46,214 nucleotides of DNA from positions 1-46,214 of IMG/VR virus record IMGVR_UViG_3300033417_000015; one strand, given 5' to 3'. The position numbers and the translations under genes are program-made. This DNA is from a virus (taxonomy: Duplodnaviria; Caudoviricetes). Shown piece by piece: positions 33,998 to 42,749 of the stretch. Positions within the stretch are counted from its first letter, which is position 1. Each line of letters opens with the position of its first letter. Under the pieces are notes generated by a model. It ran no database searches. It saw only the letters and a program-made list of their open reading frames with translations, and was not told where the DNA came from.

Positions 33998-34552
33998 CTA
34001 AACACGTTCGCTTGGCTCAATAAAATCCATATCCCACAAGCGGAACAAATCCGCCTCGCTCTCCAAATCAATGGCCCTGCCGCTGTTCCAAACGCGGCCG
34101 CCCTGCACGCGTAGGTGTTCCGGCCTGTAACCCCCCTGGCTTTTGGCAGTGACCATCCGTCGCGAGAAGTCGCTGGAGCCTGTGCGGAGCATGTACACAA
34201 CAGACCAACACGCAGGCAAGGGCAGGAACAAATCAACCTTGATGCGCGTGCCTGGTTGCCACTCAAAGCTAAATGCCTTGTATTTTGGGCCGTTCTTGCT
34301 CAGCGTGACGGGCCATTGCGCCAGCAGATCATCAACTTCGCTGGTATTCATCGGATCGCCAATCAAATTGGTATGTAGCTTCGGGGTGGCAACGATCTCA
34401 ATGTCTCCCACCATCGGCCTGTTACGGCGTAAACTTCCAGCGATTTCGATGCGCCAACACGCTGGGCGCAAAGCCGCAACGATATGATCGGCAACTCGTA
34501 GCATTTGGGCGTGCGGATGCTTTTTGGTCTCACTCACGGTACATGCTTCCAT
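33998..34552 (-). CDS. Minimal family X DNA polymerase (palm and thumb only)
   Basis: IEIAGSLRR...VGDIEIV, KVDLF, RTGS, ESEADLF...FIEPSER. No 8-kDa, fingers or PHP domains. Confidence 0.88.
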   Translation of the reverse strand: MEACTVSETKKHPHAQMLRVADHIVAALRPACWRIEIAGSLRRNRPMVGDIEIVATPKLHTNLIGDPMNTSEVDDLLAQWPVTLSKNGPKYKAFSFEWQPGTRIKVDLFLPLPACWSVVYMLRTGSSDFSRRMVTAKSQGGYRPEHLRVQGGRVWNSGRAIDLESEADLFRLWDMDFIEPSERV

Positions 34553-35208
34553 GTCTTCCGGCTAACAGCGTCCCTTATCGTTGCCTCAGAGACCCCGTGC
34601 ATAACGCCCAGTTCCACGTAGGTGATCTTGCTGTTCGACGCTCTCATTGCTCGGATTTCAGTCACACCCGAAGCGTCGAGTTTGGCCCAGTGATTTTTCT
34701 CCCCGCGTGCGTTTCGTCCCTTCGCAACACTATCCAAGCTATTATCTAGCTGTGTTCCCGGGAAGATGTGTGCGGCATTGCAGCACGCACGCACATCACA
34801 CTTATGACATGCCAATAAATCAGAAGCAATCGGCCCGTTGGTGATTTCGTAAGCCATTCGATGGGCGGCATAGGTCTTTCGTTTCCACATAAACGCTCCG
34901 TATCCATTCGCGCCTATGGCGCCCTGCCATAACCAGCACTCGTCTGCGTCTCCTGGCGTCAAATGAGACCAAAAAGCGTCCGCAGTGGTGGGAGCTGTGC
35001 GAGTTTTTCCCCAATGACCATGCGCGTAGCGTTTTGGATGATACCGCAGATAACCATACGCCGTGTGCGATTGCCTTGCTGTGGGCGCAATCAAACCGCA
35101 CCCGCATTGACATTCACCATATGGCGCGGTCAAGCCGTGGGTAGCTACCCACAGCGCATAATCTTCTAGGTTTTTTGGAAAATAGGGAGCTAGAGTATGA
35201 TTTGACAT
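34534..35208 (-). CDS. HNH homing endonuclease (paralog B)
   Basis: Collinear with paralog A (DYAxWVAxHGLxAPYGECQCGCG); CHKCDVRACCNAAH. Start at ATG 35208. Confidence 0.92.
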   Translation of the reverse strand: MSNHTLAPYFPKNLEDYALWVATHGLTAPYGECQCGCGLIAPTARQSHTAYGYLRYHPKRYAHGHWGKTRTAPTTADAFWSHLTPGDADECWLWQGAIGANGYGAFMWKRKTYAAHRMAYEITNGPIASDLLACHKCDVRACCNAAHIFPGTQLDNSLDSVAKGRNARGEKNHWAKLDASGVTEIRAMRASNSKITYVELGVMHGVSEATIRDAVSRKTWKHVP

Positions 35209-35375
35209 GGTATCTACGCCTCGAACGTAGGTACTGAAAGGGTAGCGGTGCTGCTTCAACAGCCCGCTACTTTTCGCGTGGTTTACTCCTGTATTATACC
35301 ACCACTCGACCATTTGTTCTAGTGGCACACCGTCGGGCGGGTATGTCGTGGTCATCTCAAATGTCAACGTGTTGT

Positions 35376-35558
35376 TCATCTCGGCTCCTTCCACGGCACG
35401 CGGTACTTGAATCTCGCGGTCGCGTGGCACATCGTACAACTGCTGTCGCCACACGTGCAGAATACGTGGTTGCGATTTTCACGCATGATGCACCGGCGAC
35501 CGCAGGGCGTGTTGCCTTTGTGCCCCGCGCGGCGTGGGGTGGGCGGGGTGGTGGTCAT
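35376..35558 (-). CDS. Small Cys-rich hypothetical protein
   Basis: ATGA-coupled; CTCGDSSCTMCH; ends KEPR* in a partial junction motif. Confidence 0.55.
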   Translation of the reverse strand: MTTTPPTPRRAGHKGNTPCGRRCIMRENRNHVFCTCGDSSCTMCHATARFKYRVPWKEPR

Positions 35559-35794
35559 GGGCGCAATTCCTCCCTGGCATACTTCAATTCATCAATCGAT
35601 TGCTCCTCTAGCAAGCGATGGGCGTCGAGTCCCAACACCCTTTCCAATCTCACCGCGACGAACGCCGAAACGCTACGCCTTGAGCGCAAGATGTCCGACA
35701 CATACTGTGCTGAGATGCCAAGCCGCGTTGCCAATTCGACCTGCGTCATGTTATGCCGTATGGCTTCGAGGCGGATGCGTTGTGCGATGGTCAT
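35555..35794 (-). CDS. XRE-family HTH regulator
   Basis: MTQVELATRLGISAQYVSDILRSRR. Confidence 0.9.
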   Translation of the reverse strand: MTIAQRIRLEAIRHNMTQVELATRLGISAQYVSDILRSRRSVSAFVAVRLERVLGLDAHRLLEEQSIDELKYAREELRP

Positions 35795-36477
35795 GGGTGG
35801 GTTTCCAGTCTGAACAGAATGACCGACTCATAAGGCATACGCGCCTCACTGTTTGCACCAAAGCGGTGCGAAGGCGTCTTAATTTTGACGTGTTCCATCA
35901 GCCGAAAGCCAAGAGACTCTAGGTATTTGATATGCCAGTCCGTAACAGCCACCACTTTGCCATCGCGAATATGGTCTTTGATGTTCAGCACAAACCATCC
36001 GGATCCGCATAACACTCGCCGCGCCTCTGCCCATGCACGCTCGTGGAAGTCTCGGTAGCGATTTCCCCATTGCATCCGGCCGGCATTTTGAATATGTAGG
36101 TCACGCCCCAGAAAGTCACGATAGGACTTTTGGATCCGGTCCGGATTGGCGGTTACGAAATGGTCTGCCATCCTGTTGCCGTAAGCGGGTGACGTGCAGA
36201 TGGCATCAAAATAGCCATCCCCCCACGGCAAGGCCAGCGCGTTGCCTAGTGTGGTGCGCGGGTTGATAGCGCACCACTCTGGCTCGATCTCCGTCGCCTG
36301 CATCTCCACATCGCCCAGCCAATGCTCAAGCAAAAAGACTTTGCCTGTCCCCCCAAACGGGTCAAGGATGCGCTGCCTGCCTTGTAACATTTTCGCCATT
36401 GTTAGCAACAAAGCATCGGTGTACCTGGCAGGGTGACTCGGCGCGGGTGCGCCCAGCTCAAACAAGGTATCGTTCAT
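35791..36477 (-). CDS. DNA amino-methyltransferase (probably m4C-type, TSPAY)
   Basis: HPARY, ILDPFGGTG, DAICTSPAYGN; start at ATG 36477. Confidence 0.85.
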   Translation of the reverse strand: MNDTLFELGAPAPSHPARYTDALLLTMAKMLQGRQRILDPFGGTGKVFLLEHWLGDVEMQATEIEPEWCAINPRTTLGNALALPWGDGYFDAICTSPAYGNRMADHFVTANPDRIQKSYRDFLGRDLHIQNAGRMQWGNRYRDFHERAWAEARRVLCGSGWFVLNIKDHIRDGKVVAVTDWHIKYLESLGFRLMEHVKIKTPSHRFGANSEARMPYESVILFRLETHP

Positions 36478-36683
36478 GGCGTCCCCCTGCCTGCGCCGCG
36501 GTCTGCCGCGGTCTGCGTCAGCTTGAGCAACGCTTGGCGCGCGAGCATGGCGTCGGTGTAGGGCGTGCCGAACGGCTGCCACCTTTTGCCGGATTGGTTG
36601 ATGCGCCATTGGATCACGCGGTCGTTATTCGGGTCGGTGCGATAGCTGAATAGGGCGCGGCCGTGTGTGATTTCTAGGGTCAT
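36474..36683 (-). CDS. Hypothetical protein
   Basis: Coupled at both ends by ATGA overlaps. Confidence 0.7.
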   Translation of the reverse strand: MTLEITHGRALFSYRTDPNNDRVIQWRINQSGKRWQPFGTPYTDAMLARQALLKLTQTAADRGAGRGTP

Positions 36684-37117
36684 GGCTGGCTCCCCAATAG
36701 CTTGATTGCTGTGTCGGCGTGGTGCGTCGATAACCCCGTATGCGAATCAGTCCGTACCAGCCGGTTGATGACTGGCCCCATGTCGGCATCGTCATCCAAA
36801 ATCACATAATCCGCAGTGGGCATATTGTCGCAAAGCCACCTGAATATCTCGTCACCGCGCTCGCGCGCAATTCTAATTCCCGTTGCGCTCACAGACAGGT
36901 CGGGCGTGACACCAATTACCTCCCCAGTGACACCCCACCCCGCCAACACGCTTGCGATCTGTGGATTGCCGCGCCAACTACTCGACACAACAATCTTTGC
37001 GCCTGTCACATCCGTGATACGGTTTAGCCGCTCAACACAGGCTGGATCGCCACGCCGAAACCTTGTGGCAACCGTCGTCAATACCCCGTCAATATCCAGA
37101 AACAAAACCTTGCTCAC
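36680..37117 (-). CDS. HAD-superfamily protein (Swiss-army-knife RNA-repair-like HAD)
   Basis: KVLFLDIDGVL, IVVSSSWR, RGDEI, YVILDDDADM; GTG start 37117. Confidence 0.88.
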   Translation of the reverse strand: MSKVLFLDIDGVLTTVATRFRRGDPACVERLNRITDVTGAKIVVSSSWRGNPQIASVLAGWGVTGEVIGVTPDLSVSATGIRIARERGDEIFRWLCDNMPTADYVILDDDADMGPVINRLVRTDSHTGLSTHHADTAIKLLGSQP

Positions 37118-37335
37118 GGCGTCACCTCCGCGCGTTGTTCGCGCTGAACGTGCTGCCAAGCCTCAACGACGGTTTCCAAGCTACTCTCAGCCAGCCACGG
37201 ACGCAGATGCAACCACCTCAAATTGGCGACCAAGTTGCGTAGCGGCTGCGTCAGTGGGTCGCTTTTCTTCTGCCCCGCGACGGTCACGTTGTAGCCGCGG
37301 GCGGGGTCGGTGGAGAGGATGCGCGGGATGGTCAT
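37114..37335 (-). CDS. Hypothetical protein
   Basis: Coupled ORF, 73 aa. Confidence 0.7.
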   Translation of the reverse strand: MTIPRILSTDPARGYNVTVAGQKKSDPLTQPLRNLVANLRWLHLRPWLAESSLETVVEAWQHVQREQRAEVTP

Positions 37336-37934
37336 GGGGCTAGTTTTCCTCCGGCGTCCGCGGCGGTGGCTTCCTCGGACAGCAAGCCCAGGCGGCGCAA
37401 CTCGCGCCCGATGCCATCCCCCGACGGCTCGCTACTGTCGGCGGTCAAGGCCAGCCGCGCGCGCACATTCTCCTGAAAATACTCGCGCACCTCCGGCAAC
37501 ATGAGTTCGATCTTTTCGCCACGCTCCGCCACTCCCTCGTACATCCGCATAAACTGCGCGCGGTCAACGCTAGGCTTGTCCGACTCACATAGGTTGCGCC
37601 ACCCCATCATGTCCACCACGCGCGCCGTCAACTCATTTTTGAATTTCGGCTTACCCCAACTCCCCACGCCGCGCAAGGCTTTTTCTACACTACCCCACGC
37701 CTCGCCAGGCGTTTGCTCAATCAGATTGCCCTTGAGGCTGTGATGTGTTTCCAGAATTTCAGCTACGCCGGGCAAAAACGTACAGGTGCAGATGCACTGA
37801 TGCACTGCCATTCTCAATTCGTTTGGCGCGATGTTGCCGAGCATCTGCACATAGATCACAATCGCTTCTTCGTCCACAGTCGTATTCGGATACGCCGCAA
37901 AGAGTTTCTTGAGAATCAATAGAATTTCGTTCAA
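37332..37934 (-). CDS. Replicative helicase loader/inhibitor-like protein
   Basis: Follows the initiator; LFAAYP...FLPGVAEI...EAWGSV...MGWRNLC...RAQFMRMYE. Confidence 0.75.
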   Translation of the reverse strand: MNEILLILKKLFAAYPNTTVDEEAIVIYVQMLGNIAPNELRMAVHQCICTCTFLPGVAEILETHHSLKGNLIEQTPGEAWGSVEKALRGVGSWGKPKFKNELTARVVDMMGWRNLCESDKPSVDRAQFMRMYEGVAERGEKIELMLPEVREYFQENVRARLALTADSSEPSGDGIGRELRRLGLLSEEATAADAGGKLAP

Positions 37935-38941
37935 AGTAGACCTTGCTCTCGGAACTTGCGCTCCACTTCTTCAAATGCCGCCTTTGTGCGGTCGCTCTTG
38001 ATGGCAACCTTGTAGCCGTTGCTCGCCACCTGCGTGCCAGCGACCTCGCGATGCTTGTCGGGGACGCCCTGCTGATACCAGTCAAGAATTAACTGCACAT
38101 TGCGCGGATTCTTGAACCCGGCGCGGCTGTACGCCGTCACCACCGCGCGCAACTTGTCCAGGTCGGGACAGAGCCGCACTAGGTCGTCTTCTTGCGGGCT
38201 GGTAAGCCGCGCGTCGTTTTGCTGCACGTCGAAACGCTCATAGTAGACCTCGACCGCACTCGCACCCGCGCCGGGCCGAATGTAGCCGGTGCCGCGGTCA
38301 AAGTGGCGGCTGTCAACGTGCGGTGACTTGAAATGCAGCTTGCCGTCTTTGCCTTTTCTGGAAGGAAGCTCAACTGGCGTAGCCTGCGCGGGCGGGCGCG
38401 GGGCGCTTGCGCCCTCCCTCCCTCTCTTTGCTGTAGTCTCTGATGTTGTCTCTGTACGAACAGGTAAATCCCCTTTGGGCGCTTTCCAGGTAGATTCCCT
38501 TTGGTCACTTACTAGGTAAATCCCTTTTAGGCATTTACCTAGTAAATCCCGATTCAGCATGTACCAGGTCACTCGACTAGCATCCGTCCAATACAGCACC
38601 AAGCTCTTGGCATCGGTGCTGTCCATCACCTCAAACTTGCTTTTGCCGCGTGTGATCTTGGTGGCTATATGTGCCAGCGCGGCGTCAAACTCCTTGACGG
38701 AAAAGCCTAGCTCCTCCGTCCAACTGTCGCCGGGCCGGTAAAGTTCATGGCTGCATGGGGCGCGGAATTTATAGAAGGTGGCATCGTCATGGTTTTGGCT
38801 GCGAAAAATAATCTGCTGCAATAGGATGGTGGACGTCACACTCCCCGCCAGCGCGCGCAGACTTTTGCGGTACGGAATAATGTTTCGATCTTCGGCGATG
38901 GCGTTGATTAGCATATCGCCAGCGGCACGTTCGTCTATCAT
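37931..38941 (-). CDS. Phage replication initiator
   Basis: N-terminal winged-helix-like ILLQQI...SWTEELGFS; TETTSETT linker; internal iterons. Confidence 0.8.
   Translation of the reverse strand: MIDERAAGDMLINAIAEDRNIIPYRKSLRALAGSVTSTILLQQIIFRSQNHDDATFYKFRAPCSHELYRPGDSWTEELGFSVKEFDAALAHIATKITRGKSKFEVMDSTDAKSLVLYWTDASRVTWYMLNRDLLGKCLKGIYLVSDQRESTWKAPKGDLPVRTETTSETTAKRGREGASAPRPPAQATPVELPSRKGKDGKLHFKSPHVDSRHFDRGTGYIRPGAGASAVEVYYERFDVQQNDARLTSPQEDDLVRLCPDLDKLRAVVTAYSRAGFKNPRNVQLILDWYQQGVPDKHREVAGTQVASNGYKVAIKSDRTKAAFEEVERKFREQGLL
38462..38550. repeat. Iteron-like repeats (putative replication origin)
   Basis: AGGTAAATCCCCTTTGG (38462), AGGTAGATTCCCTTTGG (38488), AGGTAAATCCCTTTTAG (38514), TAGTAAATCCC (38540) at 26-nt period. 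Confidence 0.8.
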
Positions 38942-39060
38942 GATTCAGTCCCCATCCTTCCCGGCGCACAACACGCGCGCCCAATCAACCGCCAATACGC
39001 CCACAACAGCAACGCATCCAGCAGCAGCCCGCCGACGATGCCCCACACGAAGACGCTCAT
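38938..39060 (-). CDS. 40-aa membrane peptide (not in ORF track)
   Basis: MSVFVWGIVGGLLLDALLLWAYWRLIGRACC...; ATGA-coupled at both ends. Confidence 0.6.
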   Translation of the reverse strand: MSVFVWGIVGGLLLDALLLWAYWRLIGRACCAPGRMGTES

Positions 39061-39320
39061 CGGCCCGCCCCCATCTCCCGCGCCGCGGCCCACTTGCGCG
39101 CGTAACGCACCAGTTCGGCCTGATAGCCCCGTTCCACCGCATCCACCACCAGCCTAAGCAAGGCGGCACTATGCTGTTCCTCACGCGTGCCGTTGGCGTC
39201 CATATCGTTGGCGATGGCGCGTGCGATAACAATCGTGTTGCGTTGGCGTCCGGTTAGCTCGCGGGCCGTGGGGTTGGGCAGCAGTATCACACCTTCGTCA
39301 GTCTCGGTGATGAGCATCAA
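39057..39320 (-). CDS. Hypothetical protein
   Basis: Coupled ORF with GAAGG SD. Confidence 0.7.
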   Translation of the reverse strand: MMLITETDEGVILLPNPTARELTGRQRNTIVIARAIANDMDANGTREEQHSAALLRLVVDAVERGYQAELVRYARKWAAAREMGAGR

Positions 39321-39718
39321 ACACCTTCCTTTTCTTCAACGCGATGCAGACCAAAGGGCAATTCAAAGCCTTCCTCGAACACCCACAAATGGTAGATATT
39401 GGCGCAATCAACCACCTGGCTAACAGGTGGGTATACTTCGACCGCGACGCGTTCTTTCCCTACAAGCTCATTTTTGACCCGCTGCAGTTCGCGCCATGTC
39501 AGCGGCTTTTCGTCATGGCGGCGCACCCAAAGATGATCAAGGATGCCCCATCCGCATTGCGGCTGCGACCACTGCACGCTCAACACCTGATTGGTGTACG
39601 CTGCCACGATGATTTCATCACCATGCTGGCTGGGATGGTATTTCAGTAGGCGTGACCTGTCCTCCCACCGCCCCCAATATTCAGGAATTGGGTGCAAAGT
39701 CTTTTTGAACTTATTCAC
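39317..39718 (-). CDS. Conserved-type phage hypothetical protein
   Basis: HLWVRRHD...TWRELQRVKNEL...AVEVYP...VVDCANIYHLW; GTG start coupled to the upstream stop. Confidence 0.8.
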   Translation of the reverse strand: MNKFKKTLHPIPEYWGRWEDRSRLLKYHPSQHGDEIIVAAYTNQVLSVQWSQPQCGWGILDHLWVRRHDEKPLTWRELQRVKNELVGKERVAVEVYPPVSQVVDCANIYHLWVFEEGFELPFGLHRVEEKEGV

Positions 39719-39837
39719 GCGCCGCCACCCCACATCAGCGCCCACGCCACCAGCGCCACCACCGTGAGCATTGCCGAGCCAAACACCCAGCGGCGCAAAC
39801 CCAGGCTCACCATCACCTCATCATCATCGTGTTGCAT
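39715..39837 (-). CDS. 40-aa membrane peptide (not in ORF track)
   Basis: AAGGA SD; MQHDDDEVMVSLGLRRWVFGSAMLTVVALVAWALMWGGGA*. Confidence 0.6.
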   Translation of the reverse strand: MQHDDDEVMVSLGLRRWVFGSAMLTVVALVAWALMWGGGA

Positions 39838-39854
39838 CAGCGTTTTCCTTTCAC

Positions 39855-40082
39855 TTATCCGAAACTCAAAAGCCACTGCCAAAACTGCGGCGCGATGAGC
39901 GCGGCGGCCCCCACGAACGCGGCCAACAGCGCGTAATCCAGCCAGTCCAGAGCCGTTGCCAACCCGCGTAGATCGTCAGCCAGACGCGGTGAGGTTCGCG
40001 GTGGGGCCGCAGCCCGATCTACGCGCACAGGCTGCCCAGCGCGGCGAGGAAAAGCAGTTCGCGCGTCATGTTGATGCTCCAT
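39855..40082 (-). CDS. Small membrane protein
   Basis: AAGGA SD; C-terminal TM helix. Confidence 0.65.
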   Translation of the reverse strand: MEHQHDARTAFPRRAGQPVRVDRAAAPPRTSPRLADDLRGLATALDWLDYALLAAFVGAAALIAPQFWQWLLSFG

Positions 40083-40083
40083 T

Positions 40084-40305
40084 ATGGTTGTCCTTCTCTA
40101 CAACAGCGATGGTCATCGAAGCCACTATCGCCTCACTTGGCAGGGGCATGATTTTCTCGAAGCCATCAAGGACGAAACACGCTGGTCGAATATCAAAAAA
40201 GTCATGGATGAGGCAGGCGGCTTTGTTCTGTCGATTGCCCGCCAAGTGGCATTTGACATGCTCAAGGATGGTGCCGACAACGCCAAGAATCTACTCGGCT
40301 TTTGA
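40084..40305 (+). pseudogene. DUF2513-like C-terminal fragment on the opposite strand
   Basis: RLTWQGHDFLEAIKDETRWSNIKK motif; the N-terminal half appears missing. Confidence 0.55.
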
Positions 40306-40587
40306 CTGGCCGTAAACATCCTCTTTGGTGGTCGGTGTGAGTATCGGCAGCGCATTGGCTGGGAATAGCCAGGTGTGAATTTTGTCCGGCTCATCACTAT
40401 GCGCGCTGAAGCCGCGGTGACGCGCAGAGCTACCAAGATAGTCAACGCGCAAATAGTCAAACGCGCCGATCTTGATCTGGGTCACAAAACCACTGAATGA
40501 AAAATCGGGCGGGGATGGCGGACGCACATGCGCCCAGAAGCCCTCGCTATCAAGCGGCGTAATTGGTAGATCGTCGTTTTGGCTCAT
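40291..40587 (-). CDS. Hypothetical protein (MSQNDDLP...)
   Basis: GGAGG SD before ATG 40587. Confidence 0.6.
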   Translation of the reverse strand: MSQNDDLPITPLDSEGFWAHVRPPSPPDFSFSGFVTQIKIGAFDYLRVDYLGSSARHRGFSAHSDEPDKIHTWLFPANALPILTPTTKEDVYGQSKAE

Positions 40588-40761
40588 AGGTAAGCAGTAA
40601 CCTCCAGGCGCGGTACGGCCTGTTGTGGTGAGCATCGCAGCCGGTATCTTGGCGGATTGGCGGCTGCTGATGCGAAGAAGTAATATCGAAGGGGCGTCTG
40701 GCTTAGGCTGGACGCTTTTTCGCGTCTCAGCCCTGACCATCCGCCATAAAAATTCCAAAAT

Positions 40762-41049
40762 CTAGTGGGCGGCCAGGGCGTCTAATTTTGGGTCAGGATA
40801 CCCGTTGGCCGAAATGAGGTCTACCGGGTGACAGCCAAGCGCACTAGCCATCTCCCCGATAGTCTTGAGGGTTGTAGTCCCTTCGTCACGAATCCGCGCC
40901 ACTGTACTCCAGGGCCGCTTCATCGCCTTGGACAAAAACACAACTTCGCTACCTCCGTGTTCGCTCAAGTCAACCTTGAGATCACGGATTAGCATTAAGA
41001 CTTTTTCCCAATCCACGTACACTTTATTTTCCATGTTGGCCCCTTTCAT
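40762..41049 (-). CDS. Cro/C1-type HTH transcriptional regulator
   Basis: LSKAMKRPWSTVARIR...TTLKTIGEMASALGCHPVDLI; first gene of the leftward operon. Confidence 0.8.
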   Translation of the reverse strand: MKGANMENKVYVDWEKVLMLIRDLKVDLSEHGGSEVVFLSKAMKRPWSTVARIRDEGTTTLKTIGEMASALGCHPVDLISANGYPDPKLDALAAH

Positions 41050-41062
41050 GATGGCTTAACTA

Positions 41063-41129
41063 ACATTATCACAGTTTTCCTGACGGCGCAAGTCCTATTT
41101 TGGGCAATTCAGCTTTTCTGTGATAAACT
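41063..41129. promoter_or_regulatory. Divergent promoters with two operator-like sites
   Basis: Leftward TTGCGC-17-TAATGT; rightward TTGGGC-18-TAAACT with extended TG. Sites CACAGTTTTCCTGAC (41070) and TTCAGCTTTTCTGTG (41108). Confidence 0.65.
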
Positions 41130-41173
41130 CATTTTAGTTGATGCTGTGCCAGATAAGAAAGGATGAAACCGCA

Positions 41174-42157
41174 GTGAGCCTATTTGTCCGAGCCAACAAT
41201 GATTTGACCGTAGCTGAGCAATACCAACTGTCGGTGCTAGAAGAGACGATTGAGCGCGGCCTTAAGACGTTTGTCGATGTCGGAACCGCGTTGATGGTTG
41301 TGCGTGACAGCAAACTCTACCGCCATGGACATTCCACCTTTGAGGACTATTGCCGCGTACGCTGGAATATGGGCAAAAGCCGCGTGTACCAGATGATTGA
41401 CGCGGCGATTGTGGTAGAAAATCTTCAAGAGTCCACCATGGTGGAACTTCCCACAAGCGAACGTCAAGCGCGCCCACTTGCGCAACTGGAACCAGAACAA
41501 CAGCGCGAGGCCTGGCGCAAAGTCGTTGACACCGCGCCAGGCGGCAGAGTCACCGCGGCGCATGTACAAAGCGTGGTTGACGAATATGAGGAACACGCCG
41601 AGGAACTCGCGGCAGATGAGGACGCCTACACTTGGACAGGAGACGATCCGCCCAAGCCGCATGTCACCCACAACAGCGGCAATAACGAGTGGCATACGCC
41701 ATCTGTTTATGTTGAAGCCGCGCGGCGCGTTCTGGGCGCAATCGACCTTGATCCTGCGTCCAATGACGCGGCAAATGAGACTGTCCAGGCGGAAACCTAC
41801 TACACGGCAGAGGATGACGGACTTCTTCAGGATTGGGCCGGAACGGTGTTTATGAACCCGCCCTACTCCGACAAGCTAGTTGGAAAGTTTGTGGACAAGC
41901 TGGTCTATCACTTTGTCGCAGGTGACGTGCAATCCGCTGTTGTCCTGGTCAACAATGCGACCGAGACGGCTTGGTTTCAAACACTGGCCGGTCACGCGCG
42001 CGCCATTTGCTTTCCGAGTCGCCGCATCCGCTTTGCGGGGCCAAACGAGAAAAGCCAGACAGGACTACAAGGGCAAGCCTTTGTTTACATTGGCAACGAT
42101 CCGCACGCATTTGTTGAAGAATTTGGAGGCTTTGGCTTCCTGGTGGAACCACTATGA
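41174..42157 (+). CDS. Phage Dam-like N6-adenine DNA methyltransferase with an N-terminal helical domain (start uncertain: 41138 or 41174)
   Basis: NEWHTP, IDLDPAS, DGLLQDW, VFMNPPYS, TETAWFQ, RIRF. Confidence 0.9.
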   Translation: MSLFVRANNDLTVAEQYQLSVLEETIERGLKTFVDVGTALMVVRDSKLYRHGHSTFEDYCRVRWNMGKSRVYQMIDAAIVVENLQESTMVELPTSERQARPLAQLEPEQQREAWRKVVDTAPGGRVTAAHVQSVVDEYEEHAEELAADEDAYTWTGDDPPKPHVTHNSGNNEWHTPSVYVEAARRVLGAIDLDPASNDAANETVQAETYYTAEDDGLLQDWAGTVFMNPPYSDKLVGKFVDKLVYHFVAGDVQSAVVLVNNATETAWFQTLAGHARAICFPSRRIRFAGPNEKSQTGLQGQAFVYIGNDPHAFVEEFGGFGFLVEPL

Positions 42158-42621
42158 CTTACGACTTCGCAACCAAGCTCCACGAAGGGCAAAAACACGA
42201 ACAATTTATCGATGAGTTTAGCGGCAAATGGTACGCCATCCGCGAGGCCACGCGCGACGAGCAGCGGCGCGGGATTGACCGCATCTTCACGGAGAAAAAA
42301 ACCGGCATTGTGACCACCGTTGAATACAAGGCTGATACGACGGCCAGCCGCACGGGGAACGCCTTCGTGGAAACGGTGAGCGTAGATACTGCCAATAAGC
42401 CAGGGTGGGCGTACACGTCACAAGCGAACTGGTTGCTTTACTATCTTCCGCAGGACGGACTCATTTATCTGTGGGAGTTTGCCACATTGCGCCGTCACTT
42501 GCCGCGCTGGGTAAAGCAATATCCGGCACGCGCCATCCCCAACAAAGGCTACAAGACGCACGGCGTACTTGTGCCCTTGGCTGAGTTTGAGCAGTTTTGC
42601 GACAAGGTGGTTAACCTTTGA
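42154..42621 (+). CDS. PD-(D/E)XK nuclease-fold protein
   Basis: E...GIDRIF...VEYKAD...TGNAFVE; ATGA-coupled to the methyltransferase. Confidence 0.75.
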   Translation: MTYDFATKLHEGQKHEQFIDEFSGKWYAIREATRDEQRRGIDRIFTEKKTGIVTTVEYKADTTASRTGNAFVETVSVDTANKPGWAYTSQANWLLYYLPQDGLIYLWEFATLRRHLPRWVKQYPARAIPNKGYKTHGVLVPLAEFEQFCDKVVNL

Positions 42622-42650
42622 TTTCACCCCCCTTTTTTTTGGAATGAGTT

Positions 42651-42724
42651 TTCAGTTTTCCTGCGAATACGTCATTTTGCCTATTGTAATCACAGGAAAG
42701 CTGTGGTACACTAGTAATCACAGG
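42651..42724 (+). promoter_or_regulatory. Early rightward promoter with operator-like sites
   Basis: TTGTAA(42684)-17-TACACT(42707) with extended TG. Sites TTCAGTTTTCCTGCG (42651) and CACAGGAAAGCTGTG (42691). Direct repeat GTAATCACAGG at 42686 and 42714. Confidence 0.75.
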
Positions 42725-42749
42725 GGCAAGCGCACCGAGCGCAGCCCAA

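Noticed and set aside
33892-34266. N-terminal extension of the 355-aa HNH ORF in the track
   Set aside because: It overlaps PolX and crosses the HNH promoter and leader; paralog alignment and SD support ATG 33891.
42626-42642. C6-T8 run as a terminator or phase-variation tract
   Set aside because: No convincing stem precedes the T-run, and it is intergenic and outside the promoter spacer.
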